NCBI RefSeq assembly: GCF_009914755.1
Contig: NC_060930.1
DNA length: 64,000 bases
Direction: 5' to 3' (one strand)
From: the human T2T-CHM13v2.0 reference genome, Homo sapiens
Both the position numbers and the translations under genes were made by a program. Of this stretch, positions 1 to 15,178 are shown one piece after another. Below the pieces are notes generated by a model that was not told where the DNA came from, did not search any database, and saw only the letters and a program-made list of their open reading frames with translations. The stretch's first letter is position 1. Each line of letters begins with the position of its first letter.

Positions 1-12
1 TCAAAATCACAT

Positions 13-297
13 GGCTGGGCAAAGTGGCTCATGCCTGTAATCCCAGCACTTTGGTAGGCCATGATGGGCGGCTCTCTTGACCCCAAGAGTTTGAGACCAG
101 CCTAGGCAATATAGTGAGACACCCAAGTAAACAAAATTAGCTGGGCATGGTTGTGTGTTCCTGTAGTCCTAGCTACTCAGGAGGCTGAGGTCGGGGGATC
201 ACTTGAGCTCAGGAGCTTAAGGCTTCAGTGAGCAGAGATGGCACCACTGCACTGTAGCCGTGACAGAGCAAGACCCTGTCTCAGGAAAATAAAAAGA
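13..297 (+). mobile_element. AluJ-like SINE
   Basis: Alu dimer with shortened middle; flanked by AAAATCACATGG / AAAATTACATGG TSD-like repeats. Confidence 0.9.
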
Positions 298-310
298 CAA
301 AATTACATGG

Positions 311-1040
311 GATACCACATCACATCTACTACAATGGCTGTATTAAAATAGACAAACAATAAGTGTAGGCAAGGATGAGGAGAAACTGAAACCCTAATAC
401 ATTGCTGGAGGGAATGTAAAATTGTAAAAAGTCACTCTGGAAAATGGTTTGTCAATTTCTTTGAAAAGTTAAACATAAACTTATCATAGAATCCAGCAAT
501 TCCTCTCCTAGGAATCTACGCAAGAGGATGAAAACATGTGCACACAAAGGCTTGCACAGGAATGTTTACAGTAGTACTTTTTTAAATAGCCCCAAACTGA
601 AAACAATCCAAATGTCCATTAACTGGGGAATGGATAAATAAAATGTAATATATCCATACGATGGGTACCACCAGAAATAAAAAACAATGAAGTACTGATA
701 TAGTCTATAATATGGATGAACCTAGAAAATATTATGCTAAGTGAAAGAAGCCAAATACAAAAGACTATACGTAACATAGGATTCTGGACATTTATATGAA
801 ATGTCTAGAAAAGGCAAATCTATAGAGACAAAGCTGGTTATGCTTATCTGGGGCTGGGGTTGGGAGCTGGGATTGACTGAAACTAGGCAGAAAGGAATCT
901 TTTTGGGGTGATGAAATATTCTAAAACTGGATTATGGTGATGAGAGCACAACTCCTTAAATTTCCTAAAAATCACTGAATGGTACACTTAGAATGGGAAA
1001 ATTTATGGCTTGTAGATTATACCTCAATAAAACTGTTTGA
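311..1040 (+). mobile_element. L1M (L1MB-like) 3' end
   Basis: Typical L1 3' motifs (aaatgtccatt, ggatgaacct, tatgctaagtgaaagaagcca); ends tacctcaataaaactgtt. Confidence 0.85.
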
Positions 1041-1228
1041 AAACAAAAATCTCATGTGACCATGTAGTTCGTGTTAGCACTTATTGTGAAGTGTTCAGCA
1101 TATTAAACATTCAGAGGAGAAATACAGAGTACTCTGCAAGCATTTTGCTTCTTTACTAAGAGGCAGCCTCATGCAGTAGAAAGATCACAGGCTCTAAAGC
1201 CAAGACTGAAAAACAAACATAAAATTCT

Positions 1229-1553
<325 letters not shown>

Positions 1554-1881
1554 TCAACCAAGGGGATTCCAAAGAAACCTGAAAGGCCAGTTTAGGCCAC
1601 CATGGGAAGAGGGGGTCAGGCATGCCTCATCATACCTTCTTCATTCTGGAGTTTAGACAGGCTGACCAGCACTAACTTTAAAACACAGATCCTAAGACAG
1701 ACAGAACAAACTCTTTGCAGCAATAAGATACCACTCCAACCTGACTCTAGCATAACCTCACATGACAGATAAAGAAGGAAATAAAATATTTTATCCCAAA
1801 ATATGTTTCTTTGGCATATTTTGAAATGACCCTGCAAAGCTACCTTTTGTGGGGGAAAATCTGCATCTGGAATGAATCTCC

Positions 1882-2174
<293 letters not shown>

Positions 2175-2351
2175 TGAATCCCTATTAACATAACTAGGTC
2201 TTTCCCCTTCCAGACCCTCCCAATCCTGAAGAGTTTAACTGAGAGTATAGCACCTTTTAAAGGTCTAAATGGAAACATTTGCCATCTATTGTCATCTTTA
2301 GCGTAGCCACCTATGAGTCTTCATCTAAACACTAAGAATCTTACGCTGAGT

Positions 2352-2684
2352 GGGCTGAGTGCAGGGGCTCATGCCTGTAATCTCAACACTTTGGGAGGCT
2401 TAGGCCAGAGGATTGCTTGAGGCCAGGAGTTCAAAACAAGCCTGGGCAACACAGTGAGATCCTGTCTCTTAAAAAAAAAAAAATTAGATGGGCATGGTGG
2501 CAAATACCTATAGCCCCAGCTACTCAGGAGGCTGAGGTGGGAGGATTGCTTAAGCCTAGGAGTTTGAGGCTACAGTGAGCTATGATTGCACCACTGCACT
2601 TTAGCCTGGGTGACACAGCCAGATTCTGTCTCTCGGGAAACAAACAAACAAACAAACAAACAAACAAACAAACAAACAAACAAA
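2352..2684 (+). mobile_element. AluJ with (CAAA)n microsatellite tail
   Basis: J-type ggaggattgcttgagg motifs; (CAAA)n at about 2638-2684. Confidence 0.88.
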
Positions 2685-3178
2685 CCTTGGTCTCCACAAC
2701 CCTTTATCTTAACCCAGATACTCCTTTAGATGATAACTCCTTCAACCAATTGCCAACCAGAAAATCGTACAATTCACGTATGACCTGTAAGCCCCCTCGC
2801 TTCACATTGTCCCATCTTTCTGGATCAAACCAATGTACACCTCACATGTATTGATTGATGCTTATATTTCCCTAAAATGTATAAAATCAAGCTGTAAGCC
2901 AACCACTTTGGGCACATGTCCTCAGGACCTTTTGAGACTATGTTTCAGGCCACGGTCACTCATATTTGGCTCAGAATAAACCTCTTAAAATATTTTATGG
3001 AGTTGGATTATTTCACCGACAAAACAATAATGTTAAAACTCCTGCTTCACCACTTACTAGCTGGGTAATTTTGGAAAGTTACTTAAAATCTCTCCAATTC
3101 AGTAAAATAGGAACAAGAACATTACGAGTTGCTATGCGGATTAATGATAATATATGTATAATATTATCATTAAGCCCT

Positions 3179-4190
3179 TGCTGGGGTTCAGGACATGCTG
3201 CCCCAAAATATGGTACACCTTGGCATTTGAGAAAACAGCAGAATCAGGAAGGCCACTCTCACCTTCTCTGCCCTTTCCCTCTGAAATAGTCCATAAAATA
3301 ATTCTCTAACTTTCCCCTAAAGTAGGTCCAAGATCCTCTTCAGAGAGGTATCTTCTGTATACCTGGAATAAAGGAATGTTCCTATCCCTGAAGAAAAGAA
3401 TCTGAACAAACAGGTCTTCCTAAGTTCCCCCAACTCCCATTTATTACTGAGAGAATTTTAGAGATATCCTTTCGTCCTCCAATCATATTTCTCCATGCAT
3501 CTCCACTATTCATCAAAGTTAACATAAAAATACATAGGTGTCCCTGTTTCTTTGTATCTTCATTTCTGAAGGCTCCCATGTCATGTAAAACTTATATTAA
3601 ATAAATGTGTGTGCTTTTCTTTTGTTAATCTGCTTTTGTTTTAGAAGTCTCGGACACAAACTTTGTCATGGAAAACAAAAAGATACTACCATTGACCCTT
3701 GAACAACATGGATTTGAACTGGACAGGTCCATTTATACACGAATTTTTTTTTTCAATAAAAGTTATACCAAGTGTGCCTGCCTCTCCTTCCACCTCCTCT
3801 ACCTTTGCCACCCCTGAGTCAGCAAGACCAACTCCTCCTCCTCTTACTCTATGTGAAAACAATGAGGACGAAGATCTTCATAATGGTCCACTTCCACTTA
3901 ATGAATAGTAAATAATATTTTTTTGTCCTTATAATTTTCTTAGTTACATTTTATTTTCTCTAGCTTGCTTTATTGTGAGAATATAGCATATTATACTTAT
4001 GACATACCAAATACATGTTAATCAACTGTTTATGTTATTGGTCAGGCTTCCGCTCAATAGTAGGCTATTAGTAGTTAAGTTTTTGGGGAGTCAAAAGTTA
4101 TACAAGGATTTCCATTTGCCTTTGGGAATGGGGTCAGTCCCCTCAACCCCTGTGTTGTTCAAGAGTCAACTGTACTTTTTTCCCCTTACA
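3179..4190 (+). mobile_element. MER31-like solo LTR interrupted by Tigger2a
   Basis: Starts tgctggggttcaggacatgctgccccaaaatatgg; ends tccccttaca. Confidence 0.65.
3689..4172 (+). mobile_element. Tigger2a-like non-autonomous DNA transposon
   Basis: TIRs ccattgacccttgaacaac ... gttgttcaagagtcaactg, flanked by TA TSD. Confidence 0.85.
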
Positions 4191-4208
4191 AAGCCCTTTG
4201 AGATCTGG

Positions 4209-4830
4209 TGAAACCATCCTCACAGGCTAACAAGAATTACATGCCAAGTTCTGGGCAGAAATATAGTTATAATTAAACTGTAATCAGGCTGCACTTTGAC
4301 CCACTTCCTTGTAACCAAAAGTCATATAGCACTAGACACTGACCATCTGCCTCCCCACTGTTCCTCTAGATAGGATATCTGACCTTAGAATCATAACGTT
4401 TTTGTTTAAGAATCATTTGCATCCCCACTGTTCCTATAGACAGGATCGCTGACATTAGAATCATAAACTTTTTAAAGAATTGCTTAAGATGTGCTTCAGA
4501 CCCTGAATTACAGTGGTACAGCTGAAGTCAGCCAGTTAAGACCCCCCCCCGCCCGCCCCGACAGGAACGAAATCAGCGTGAGAATGCAGTTCTATCTCCC
4601 GTCCTATGACCTCACCCTGCACTCTTCAACCAATCAATGATCCCCAGACATCAGCCCACTCCAAACCCCTTAAAATCTCTAGACCCAAACTCCTCAGGGA
4701 GGCGATGTGCGGTTTCCTCCCATCTCCTCTTTCAGCTGCTCTATAATTACTAAACTCCTTCTCCACGGAAAGCCTTGGTGTCAGTGTAGTGACATGCCAG
4801 GCCTTAAGCAACAGACCTGTTAGGGTCACA
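4209..4830 (+). mobile_element. ERV1-class solo LTR with an internal ~70-bp tandem duplication
   Basis: TG...CA ends; 4-bp TSD ctgg/ccgg; ccaatc box; duplicated unit at about 4344-4412 and 4414-4480. Confidence 0.75.
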
Positions 4831-5598
4831 CCGGCTTCTGCTAACTTCTCCAGTCTCGCCACATTCCAGCCACAGAGGCCTTCTTTCAGTTTTCTCACAC
4901 CTGCCAAGCTCTGTACTTCCTGAGAACCTCTGAACACATAGTTTCTTCTGCATAGAAATTTCGTGCCCACTCGTTACTCATATTGGTTCTCTCCTTTTTG
5001 TCCTTTAGTCTCAGACTTAATAGTCACCACGTCAGGTAGTCCCTGCCCTTTCTATACTCCTTGGTAAATTATGTCCCTGTAATAATGCTGATTATTGCTT
5101 GTAAACTCCCTCTTCTCACTAGACAAAACTCCATGAAGGTGTCCGCCCACCTCACTCTTCCCTTCTCCCTCCCTCTCACCCCTTCTCTGTATATGTGCAT
5201 GCGTATGTATACCTGTGTGTACATACATCTATGTGTGTCTGTACACATGTTAAAATGTATGCCTACTATACAGGGGTAGACCTGCTAACCAGCAGAGTGC
5301 CTGGCATACAGTGGACAATCAACACCAAATTCTATGATTTACTTTTTGTTAAGGTTTACAGAAAAAAAAAAAAGACCATTTACCCACACTCATCAAAGCA
5401 CCTTTCCCAACACTCCCAAGAGGACTGAGAGACTCATTTCTGTTCCAAAATGCATAGGTATATATTCTCATTAAAGCAACTATCTTACTGTTTTTCTGTT
5501 TCTTCCTTGTAGACTGCCAGCTTCTTGAGGGCAAGAATCTTTTCAATTTAATACACAGCCAAGTGGCCGTTTCCTGACTAGCAGTCACACATGTACTC

Positions 5599-5881
5599 TG
5601 AGTTCTCCAAAAGCCCACACCTCTGTTCAACTTTGAAACTTTCAGAGGTCACCTGAACGAACCCATCAGAACTCAGCTATATCAACCAGCTGGAACTAAG
5701 CAAGTTTGAATCCTGCATTTGCATAAATAAACCTGGCTGGGAACCAGGGTGAAACTTTTGTTATAAAACCCAAACCCCACCTTCGTTTTACACCAAAGGC
5801 TGTGTCTCCCTGTACTGCAAACTGTTCACTGCAATAAAGTCACTTTCCTTCAAATTTCTTTTCCGATAATTTTTGTTTACA
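5599..5881 (+). mobile_element. Short LTR-like element
   Basis: TG...CA, TATAAAA, AATAAA, U5-like end; flanked by GTACTC direct repeats. Confidence 0.6.
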
Positions 5882-6169
5882 GTACTCTGTTCTTCCTGGG
5901 AGTGCTTAAAAATAAGCTAATTATACTCACAGCTTTTTGTAAATTTTCACTTAAAGGGGGTAAAAGTTTTTGATAAAAAATAATATTTGAATAATATTTG
6001 AATGTAAACTAAGGTGGTATGCTAACTAGACAACAGGAAAATAAAGACCAATTCAAAACCACATACTTAGAAAATAAAAAATTAGTAAACTAGGTATTAC
6101 AGAAATATAACATATGGTTTAACATCTATTTCACTCATTAATCTAACAAACCTGACATTAAAATATCTA

Positions 6170-6465
6170 TCTTAATGGCATTAAGAAATTATGTTATTTT
6201 TAAGAATAATAATGGTATTCTGGCTATGTTTAAAACAGTCTTATTTTGTTAGAGGTATACATGAGATACTTACAGAGGAAATGACATGGCATATGGAATC
6301 AGCTTTAAAATATCGAGGTGGAAAGGGCACAGGCAGAGGTCCAGAAGACCTTCCACTGGCCATTTGTTGATTGCTGAATCTGGGTGATGGGGACATGGAG
6401 GTTCATCGTACTACTTATTCTCTCTATTGTACATATTTAGAAACTCTCATAACAAAAAGGGAAAA
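6170..6465 (+). mobile_element. Old L1M 3' fragment
   Basis: ctgggtgatgggacatggaggttcat...tacttattctctct-type L1M 3'UTR motif. Confidence 0.6.
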
Positions 6466-7299
6466 TAAAGCTTTTAACTGCCTATACATAAAAGAAAAGA
6501 TTTTGGCTGTCACAGTTCAAGTTCATTCAAAGAACTGTCAATCTCAATTAAAAGACTGAACAAGTATATCACCTGTCACATTAAACCTCACATTAATCTC
6601 TTTAAAGATTGTAAATCACAGATCCATGAAGAATTTTCCCTCCTTCTGTTCCTCTCTCCCGCCCTCTTTTAGTTTTACTATAATAACCACTGCTCTGGGG
6701 TTTCAGTAGCCAAGTGAGATCTTTTGCAAGATACTTGTATATTCACAAGACAGATGCACAGAATTCCACAGGTTTACTGACAAGTGACTGAAGGATGTCC
6801 AATGCATTACCTCTAGGCACTGTTCACTTCTGGCAGGCCTCCACTGGAACCCAGTATCAGCCCAAGCAAACCCCAGGGGTCAATTCATAGTATTGTCACT
6901 ATTGACTGTCTTCCAGCTGCACTGTGAACTTCCTGGGGGCTAGACACTTGGTCTTAATCTTTACATCCTGCACTTAGACTTAGCAGGTACAGAATAAACT
7001 TTGAGGAATGAGGGAACAAATCTGTAAATCTCAAAGTTAGTGCTCATCCTAACACTAAATATCTTCAAATTTTTCCCAAAATTACTTTAATTCTACTATT
7101 GCACATTTGTTAATAAACTGTTTCTGAAACCACAGTTTGAGTTCTGAAGCCAATTTCCATGTGAATAACTACCTTAATTTATAAGCTAATAAATTATCTT
7201 AATTTATTGTTTTCATTAAAGAAAGTGACACCCTGTGGCTAATCAAAGATTTAGGAGTCACATAAACAGGAATTATAATTAGCATGAATTCATAATTAC

Positions 7300-7915
7300 A
7301 AAGACCTTAACATTTATTCCATATTTATTGTATGGCTAGCACTGTTATTTCATTTTTTTCTCATACAAATGAGAAAAAAAACATATTGTTCCCATTTTAT
7401 AGCTGAGCAAGTAGACTTCAGAGGTTAGGTTACTTGCCCAAGGACATGCAGCTATAAGTGATAAAGGTGAGTCAAACCCACCCAGTGTGTCTAACAGCTT
7501 TTCAGCAGCCTGAGTGATGGTCTTCCTTTCATGGTTGTAGCAGACTTCTCCCCACCATATGTATTTTGCACAGAAAACTCAGTTCTGTAACATGGAGAGG
7601 TTTCAACTTGATTTTTCTGTTGTTCCTATATCTTTATATATTACAAGACAAGAAACCAAACAATGGAAAACAAGTCACTTAACCTGTTTGCCTTGTCTCT
7701 GTAGTAATAATAGCTTACTCTTATATACAGCACTTCTACGTAAATACCAGGCACAGCTGTAAACCCTTTATGTGTATCAATGCAGTCTTTAAAGCAATTC
7801 AAAGATGTAGGTCCTATTAATCATTTTCATTTTTCAGAGAGGGAACTGAGGCTCAGAGAGGTGAGATAACATCCAAGCTAGCATTTCAGCACTCCCAGTC
7901 TGGCTCTAGATTCCA
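7300..7915 (-). mobile_element. Two MIR fragments (about 7300-7490 and 7705-7915)
   Basis: cccattttatagctgag...cttgcccaagg and gaggaactgaggctcagagagg-type MIR cores. Confidence 0.7.
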
Positions 7916-7920
7916 TGTTC

Positions 7921-8215
7921 TTCTTTTTCTCTTTCTAGAGACAGAGTCTTGCTCTGTTGCCCAGGCTGGAGGGCAGTGATGTGATCGTGGCTCACTGCAC
8001 CTTCAACCTCCCTGACGTAAGTGATCCTCCCACCTCAGCCTCTGGAGGAGCTTGGACTACAGGTATGCACCACCACAACCAGCTAATTTTTTAATTATTT
8101 GTAGAGACGAGGTCTCACTCTGTTGCCCAGGCTGGTCTCTAACTCCTAGGCTCAGGCGATCCTCCAGCCTTGGCCTCCAAACATATGGGGATTACAGGTG
8201 TGAGCCACCACACCT
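7921..8215 (-). mobile_element. AluJ
   Basis: Antisense Alu; TTCCATGTTCTT TSD. Confidence 0.88.
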
Positions 8216-8723
8216 AGAATTCCATGTTCTTAATCATCTGCTACACTGCCTAATATGTACACATATATTTGGGTTAATCTAAAATACATGGTTTAAAGAT
8301 TAAACCATGTTTATCCCCTAAATAGTAGCAAGGCTATTGTCCACTTACTTTTTTTTAGGTATGTTTTATAGTCAATATCAAAATCAAGAAAATTACAATG
8401 ATCAACATTAGTTTACTGAAGTAGACATTGTTCTTTTACATCTTTATCACCATATAGAAAATTTTTGATACATGATATATACTGAAAAAAACTCAAAGAC
8501 CATTTTAAACTCAATAATTAGATTTATCAAATCAATAACATTTCTGGGGCTAATTAACTCTAATAAGAGATTATATAAATTACAGTAAAGAGTCCATTGG
8601 AAAATCCTTAAAAATGAAAAACAGAGTATGGTCAGTCTATAAACAATACTAACTTTAACAACAGGAACAGAGGCTCCCAGCACTATTTTAAAAGACAAAG
8701 AAGCAGCCTTTGTTTAAAAGACA

Positions 8724-8853
8724 AGGGCGCAGTGGCTCACATCTATAATCCCAGCACTCTGGGAGGCTGAAGCAAGTGGATCACCTGAGGTCAGGAGCTC
8801 AGCCTGGGCAACAAGAGCAAAGTCTGTCTCAGAAGAAAAAAAAAACAAACAAA
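8724..8853 (+). mobile_element. Alu monomer formed from a left-arm head and a right-arm tail
   Basis: ...gtcaggagctc|agcctgggcaacaagagc... followed by A-tail. Confidence 0.75.
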
Positions 8854-8871
8854 AGGAGAAGCTCTGCTCCT

Positions 8872-9191
8872 TTGTTTTCTGTTTTGTTTTGTTTTCGTTT
8901 GTTTGTTTTTTGAGACAAGGAGTCTTGTTCTGTCACCCAGACTGGAGAGCAGTGGTGCGATCTCGGCTGACTGCAACCTCTGCCTCCTGGGTTCAAGCAA
9001 TTCTCTGCCTCAGCCTCCCGAGCAGCTGGGATTACAGGTGCCCACCACCATGCCTGGCTAATTGTTGTATTTTTAGTAGAGATGGGGTTTCACCATCTTG
9101 GCCACGCTGGTCTTCAACTCCTGACCTCGTGATCCACCCACCTCGGCCTCCCAAAGTGTCGGGATTACAGGTGTGAGCCACCGCGCCCAGA
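8872..9191 (-). mobile_element. AluS with (GTTTT)n tail
   Basis: Antisense dimer; CTCCTTTGTT TSD. Confidence 0.9.
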
Positions 9192-11303
9192 CTCTCCTTT
9201 GTTAAAAGAAAATAAATACAGACGGTTAAGTATTTCACAGGTACAAACAGATCATGTCTCGGGAGATGCTCACATCTTCAAAATCGGAACAGATACACAC
9301 ACCAGAACCCCATGTGGATTCTCTGCATCACCACAAAAACACAAAGAGTTACAAGGAGAAAATGCAGAGGCTCCATAAATGGATGGTTTCCACAAGCACT
9401 GGCTGAGGGCCTACTGTGTGCAAAGTGGTACAACAGCTGCTAAAGACACAAACACTGGTGGAGGCATCCTTATTCATCTCACATCCTTAGCATGGGGCAG
9501 AGTAGACAGCAAGAACAGTAAACACAAGTCTTTCCTAGATGGATCACCGGATTTCAGTATATGCAGGAGTTGCCTGGGGGAAAGAAGACTCTCCTAGACA
9601 GAAGAATAAGTGAGGCTGAGCAGGGAAGGACGCACTATCACACGAGGGAGCTGTCAAGGTTCTGACATCTAAAGGTAAACACAGTACCATCCATATAATT
9701 TTAGATGCCTTGTTATTCACTTATTTCAGTTTGCTCTGAGCATATTGTTTTCACCAAAAATTATTCGAAGTGAATCTATTGTCACACTCTCCAGTGTGCA
9801 CAGAAATAAACATTCCTCAGCACACAGAGCACTGCCCTCAGCAAGCTGTTCCGCTCAAATGCTCAAAAAACTTTTGTGGGGGAGGAGGAGGAGGACAGTG
9901 AAGTGTCTAATCATTCAAAGGAAGAGTTTCTCTGGAATTACTTGGTCATGAAAAAAACGCAAACCTACTTATTAGCTGGTGGTAGGACCCTCTAATATTT
10001 CTCTCAATTAAAACAAAGTGTCCCAGCTTTCCCAATATTCTTCAATCCAACCCTAAAACAAGAGTGACAGGTTTCTGAGTATGGTCGAATGTTTTCCACC
10101 AGTTATTAGTACTAATTTTTTCTGAACAGACAGTTGAAAACAGATTTATTTCACAAACATAAACATAATTTCCTGCTATATGTTCTCTGAATACAGAGCA
10201 CTTGATACTGCCATACTAGCCCAAACTGTCCTATTCCAGAAACCAGTGATGTTTTCACTCTGTTCCTTCTACACAAACCGAATCCACTACAGGAAAGCCA
10301 AGCTGCGTGTGACTTTCATGAAAACCTTTTTTAAAAAACTTATTTGGGCTATTCCAGTGTTAAATTTGAAGGAAAAAAAGGTATACAGTAATATAATATA
10401 AACCTACTTACCACAAGTCTGAATAAACAAAACAAATTTGTTATTTAGGGTGTAATACAAGACAAAATCCTCTGAAGGTAATTATTAATGCTGAAACAAG
10501 ACAATCTGAGAACAGACTGAATATGAGAGAAACTAACAAGTAAAAAAGAAAACCAAATAACCCACTCTTCCCTACCACGTTGCCACCATTCTCCAAAATC
10601 ACTTGTTATGGGCAAGAGACCACAGAACAACTTCTCTTTAATTTTATGGTAACATTTCCAGTTGTAACTGACATTTTGTCTCACAAAGGAACAAATTAAT
10701 GGAATCAGCAAAAGTTGCAGGGAAAATGTCGCTGCTGAAAAGTGACCCCTGGAAAAGAAGAAGTAGCTACCAGAGCTGTGGGACCTGGAGGCCAAAACAG
10801 CTTTCAGTGTGACATATGTTTTCTCTTTGAGTTTTATGAGAAAAACACTTTTCAAAATACTGTCTGGTCCAAGATACACTCAGCAAATTATACTCATGGA
10901 GGGGAAAAAACACTGTGCAGATAACCACAACTTAATAGGATGAATAGATGTGGGAGGTGCACCTCATGAGCTTTTGAGGGGGACCTCCCAGAAGAGGGAG
11001 AGATGGGGCAGTTTCAGAGGGAAACAGGAAATAGCCCTGTGAGGTGAAGAGCATAAAGAAATGGACTCCATGAAGAAGGGTCAGTGTGCACAAAAGCTGA
11101 TGCAAGATGTTGCGCTACGTGCTGCTGGCCCATGAGCTGTGAGACACAGAGGAGGAGGAGACACAAGTATGGCCCTCGGGATGACTTTTGTCTACTATGG
11201 TAAAGAGCCTAGACTTAATCCTAGACCACAGTTTTCTAAGATATTATAGGCGAGACCATTTAGGTGGGCAAGGACAGTTTTATGTGTTTATGGTTGCTAT
11301 TAA

Positions 11304-11610
<307 letters not shown>

Positions 11611-11662
11611 TATGGTTGCAATTAACTTCTATTCATGTCAAGTGATATTGGTTTTCCATTTA

Positions 11663-11978
<316 letters not shown>

Positions 11979-12699
11979 GTTGTGAAAGTGAGGCTCAAAT
12001 GACTGAGACATCGCTGTAAGAACTGGAGAGCCACTGGAAGAAAGCAAAGAGATACAACTCTGTTACAGAACTCCATCCACACAGACGACATGTATTGGGT
12101 GCTATGCCAATCACTATTCTAGGCCCAACAGATAGAGCAGAGAAAAGCCAGATAAATGTATGTTAGGTTTACATTTTAGACAAAAAAGAGGATCCAGGTC
12201 ACAAATAAAATAAACCCAGGTAAAGAGAGAGAGAGAATGATATACAAAGTAAAATGTGGAGAGCCTTGAGAAAGCAGCAGAAGGGAACGAGCCAGGCCAC
12301 CACCTACAGGAAGAGCAGGACAGGCGGTGGGAAAAGCTGGAGGCCTGGTTGGGCCTATGGGCCTGCTGGAGGGAGCAAAATGGCTGAGAGCTGCAGCAGA
12401 GGAGCCAAGGCCAGAGAGGGAGCAAAGGGCTGGGCCCTGCAGGGCCTCGCAAGCCAGGACTCGGGAGGTATTCCACATGTGATGGGAGGCCACAGAGAGT
12501 TTGGCACGAGGAGGTGATGCTCTCTCTGGAGGGTAAGTGCAGAGGCAGGAAGCCCAGGGAGGATGCCCGCACGGCAGCCCAGAGGAGAGACAACAGTGCC
12601 GAGTGTAGGCAGTAGTAGGGGAGGCAGGAAGAAACGGTGAGAGGCAGTTTGTGGGCAGCACTGGCTGGATTTACTGAAGAACTGATGTGTAAGGCAAGA

Positions 12700-13480
12700 G
12701 AGGACTCATGCAGCATTTTTGTTGATGTCTCTTATAGCCTAAGCCTGGGGATGAACAGCGCTATCATCTAATGAAATGGAGAAGACAGAAGAGCCAAGAA
12801 GCAGGCAGGATGAGACTCAAGACTGCAGATTTTGACAGGTTGAGTTTAAGATGCCAGTGAGCACCATCACAGGACTCTTGAGCGGAGAGCTGGATAAACC
12901 AGTCTAGAATTTAGGGGTGAGGCCAGGATTGGAGCCAATAGCATTGGGTGGTATTTAAAGCCTTGGGACTGAATAAGAATGCAGGAGAGAAAAGGCCCAA
13001 GGATTAACCCCAGAGGCACTTCAACATCTCCGGTGGGAAGGTAAAGAGCTTGGACTGAATCCTGAAGTGTAGTTCTCCAAGTGTAGTTTTCCAAGATATT
13101 GTAGCCAACATAATTTGGGTGGTAATGTCAGTTTTATTAGTCATGTGTTTACTTTTACAGGCAAAAGGGATTAAGGAAAAGAATAGTGAAGTATGTGGAC
13201 AGTACGAACAACTGCCAGACGATTCTGCAGAGAGGTGAGCACTGATGGTGCAGAAGAGAGAGGACAACGCTGCCAGAGCAAAGCCCTTAGGCAGGAGAGA
13301 AGGAAGGAGTCCAGCGCCTACACTGAGGGGCTTGCTGTGGAAGCAGGGACAGTCCCCACGGTGCCAGCGAGGAAGCCAGAGTAAGCCGACGCTGGGAGGA
13401 GGGGGTGTTAGTGCAGGGAGCACAGAGCCCTTCTCTTCTGACTGCTTCCAGTTCCTCAGTGAAATCAGAGGAAAGCAATG
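12700..13480 (-). mobile_element. L2 relics
   Basis: Purine-rich L2 antisense motifs (ttttgacaggttgagtttaagatgcc, gtatttaaagcc). Confidence 0.6.
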
Positions 13481-13964
13481 AGGAATGGGATCAGGGAGGG
13501 GATGTCCCAGTTTGAGAAAAGAGCATTCTCCTAGTGCGCAGAGGGGAATGTACTAGGATTGCCAGCCTGGATGAAGGCTTTCTAGTGAATTGTGGACAAC
13601 ATCTGAAGTGAGAACTCAGGAAAGGATGTTATGTTTTCTTCTAGCTACATTCAGCTGCTCGGGGGCATACACCATGCAGGCAGGATGGAATTTAACCAAT
13701 TACATTTTTTCCAGCAACAGAGGGAGAGAAAAGTAAGGAATTATTGCATAGTACTAAAAAAATTAATGACTTATATGGCAAAATATTGAGTGGTCATTTC
13801 ATGCTGTAAATCAAAATAAGTTCTAGATTAAGTAGAGTTAAAGTAATAAGTAAACTATAATAAAAACTGGAAGAAATAACAAGCTAATATTTATTTCTTA
13901 GGATTGGGAGAGAATCTTCCATGCAGAAAAGCAATGGAAGGTATCATTAAAAATATTCATTTGA

Positions 13965-15178
<1,214 letters not shown>

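Noticed and set aside
10445-10879. 144-aa minus-strand ORF in unique sequence
   Set aside because: No recognisable homology or convincing splice sites; expected by chance
12114-12716. Longest ORFs in the track (200 aa and 161 aa, minus strand)
   Set aside because: Low-complexity Leu/Ser/Pro content from a purine-skewed region next to L2 relics; no recognisable domain or exon structure
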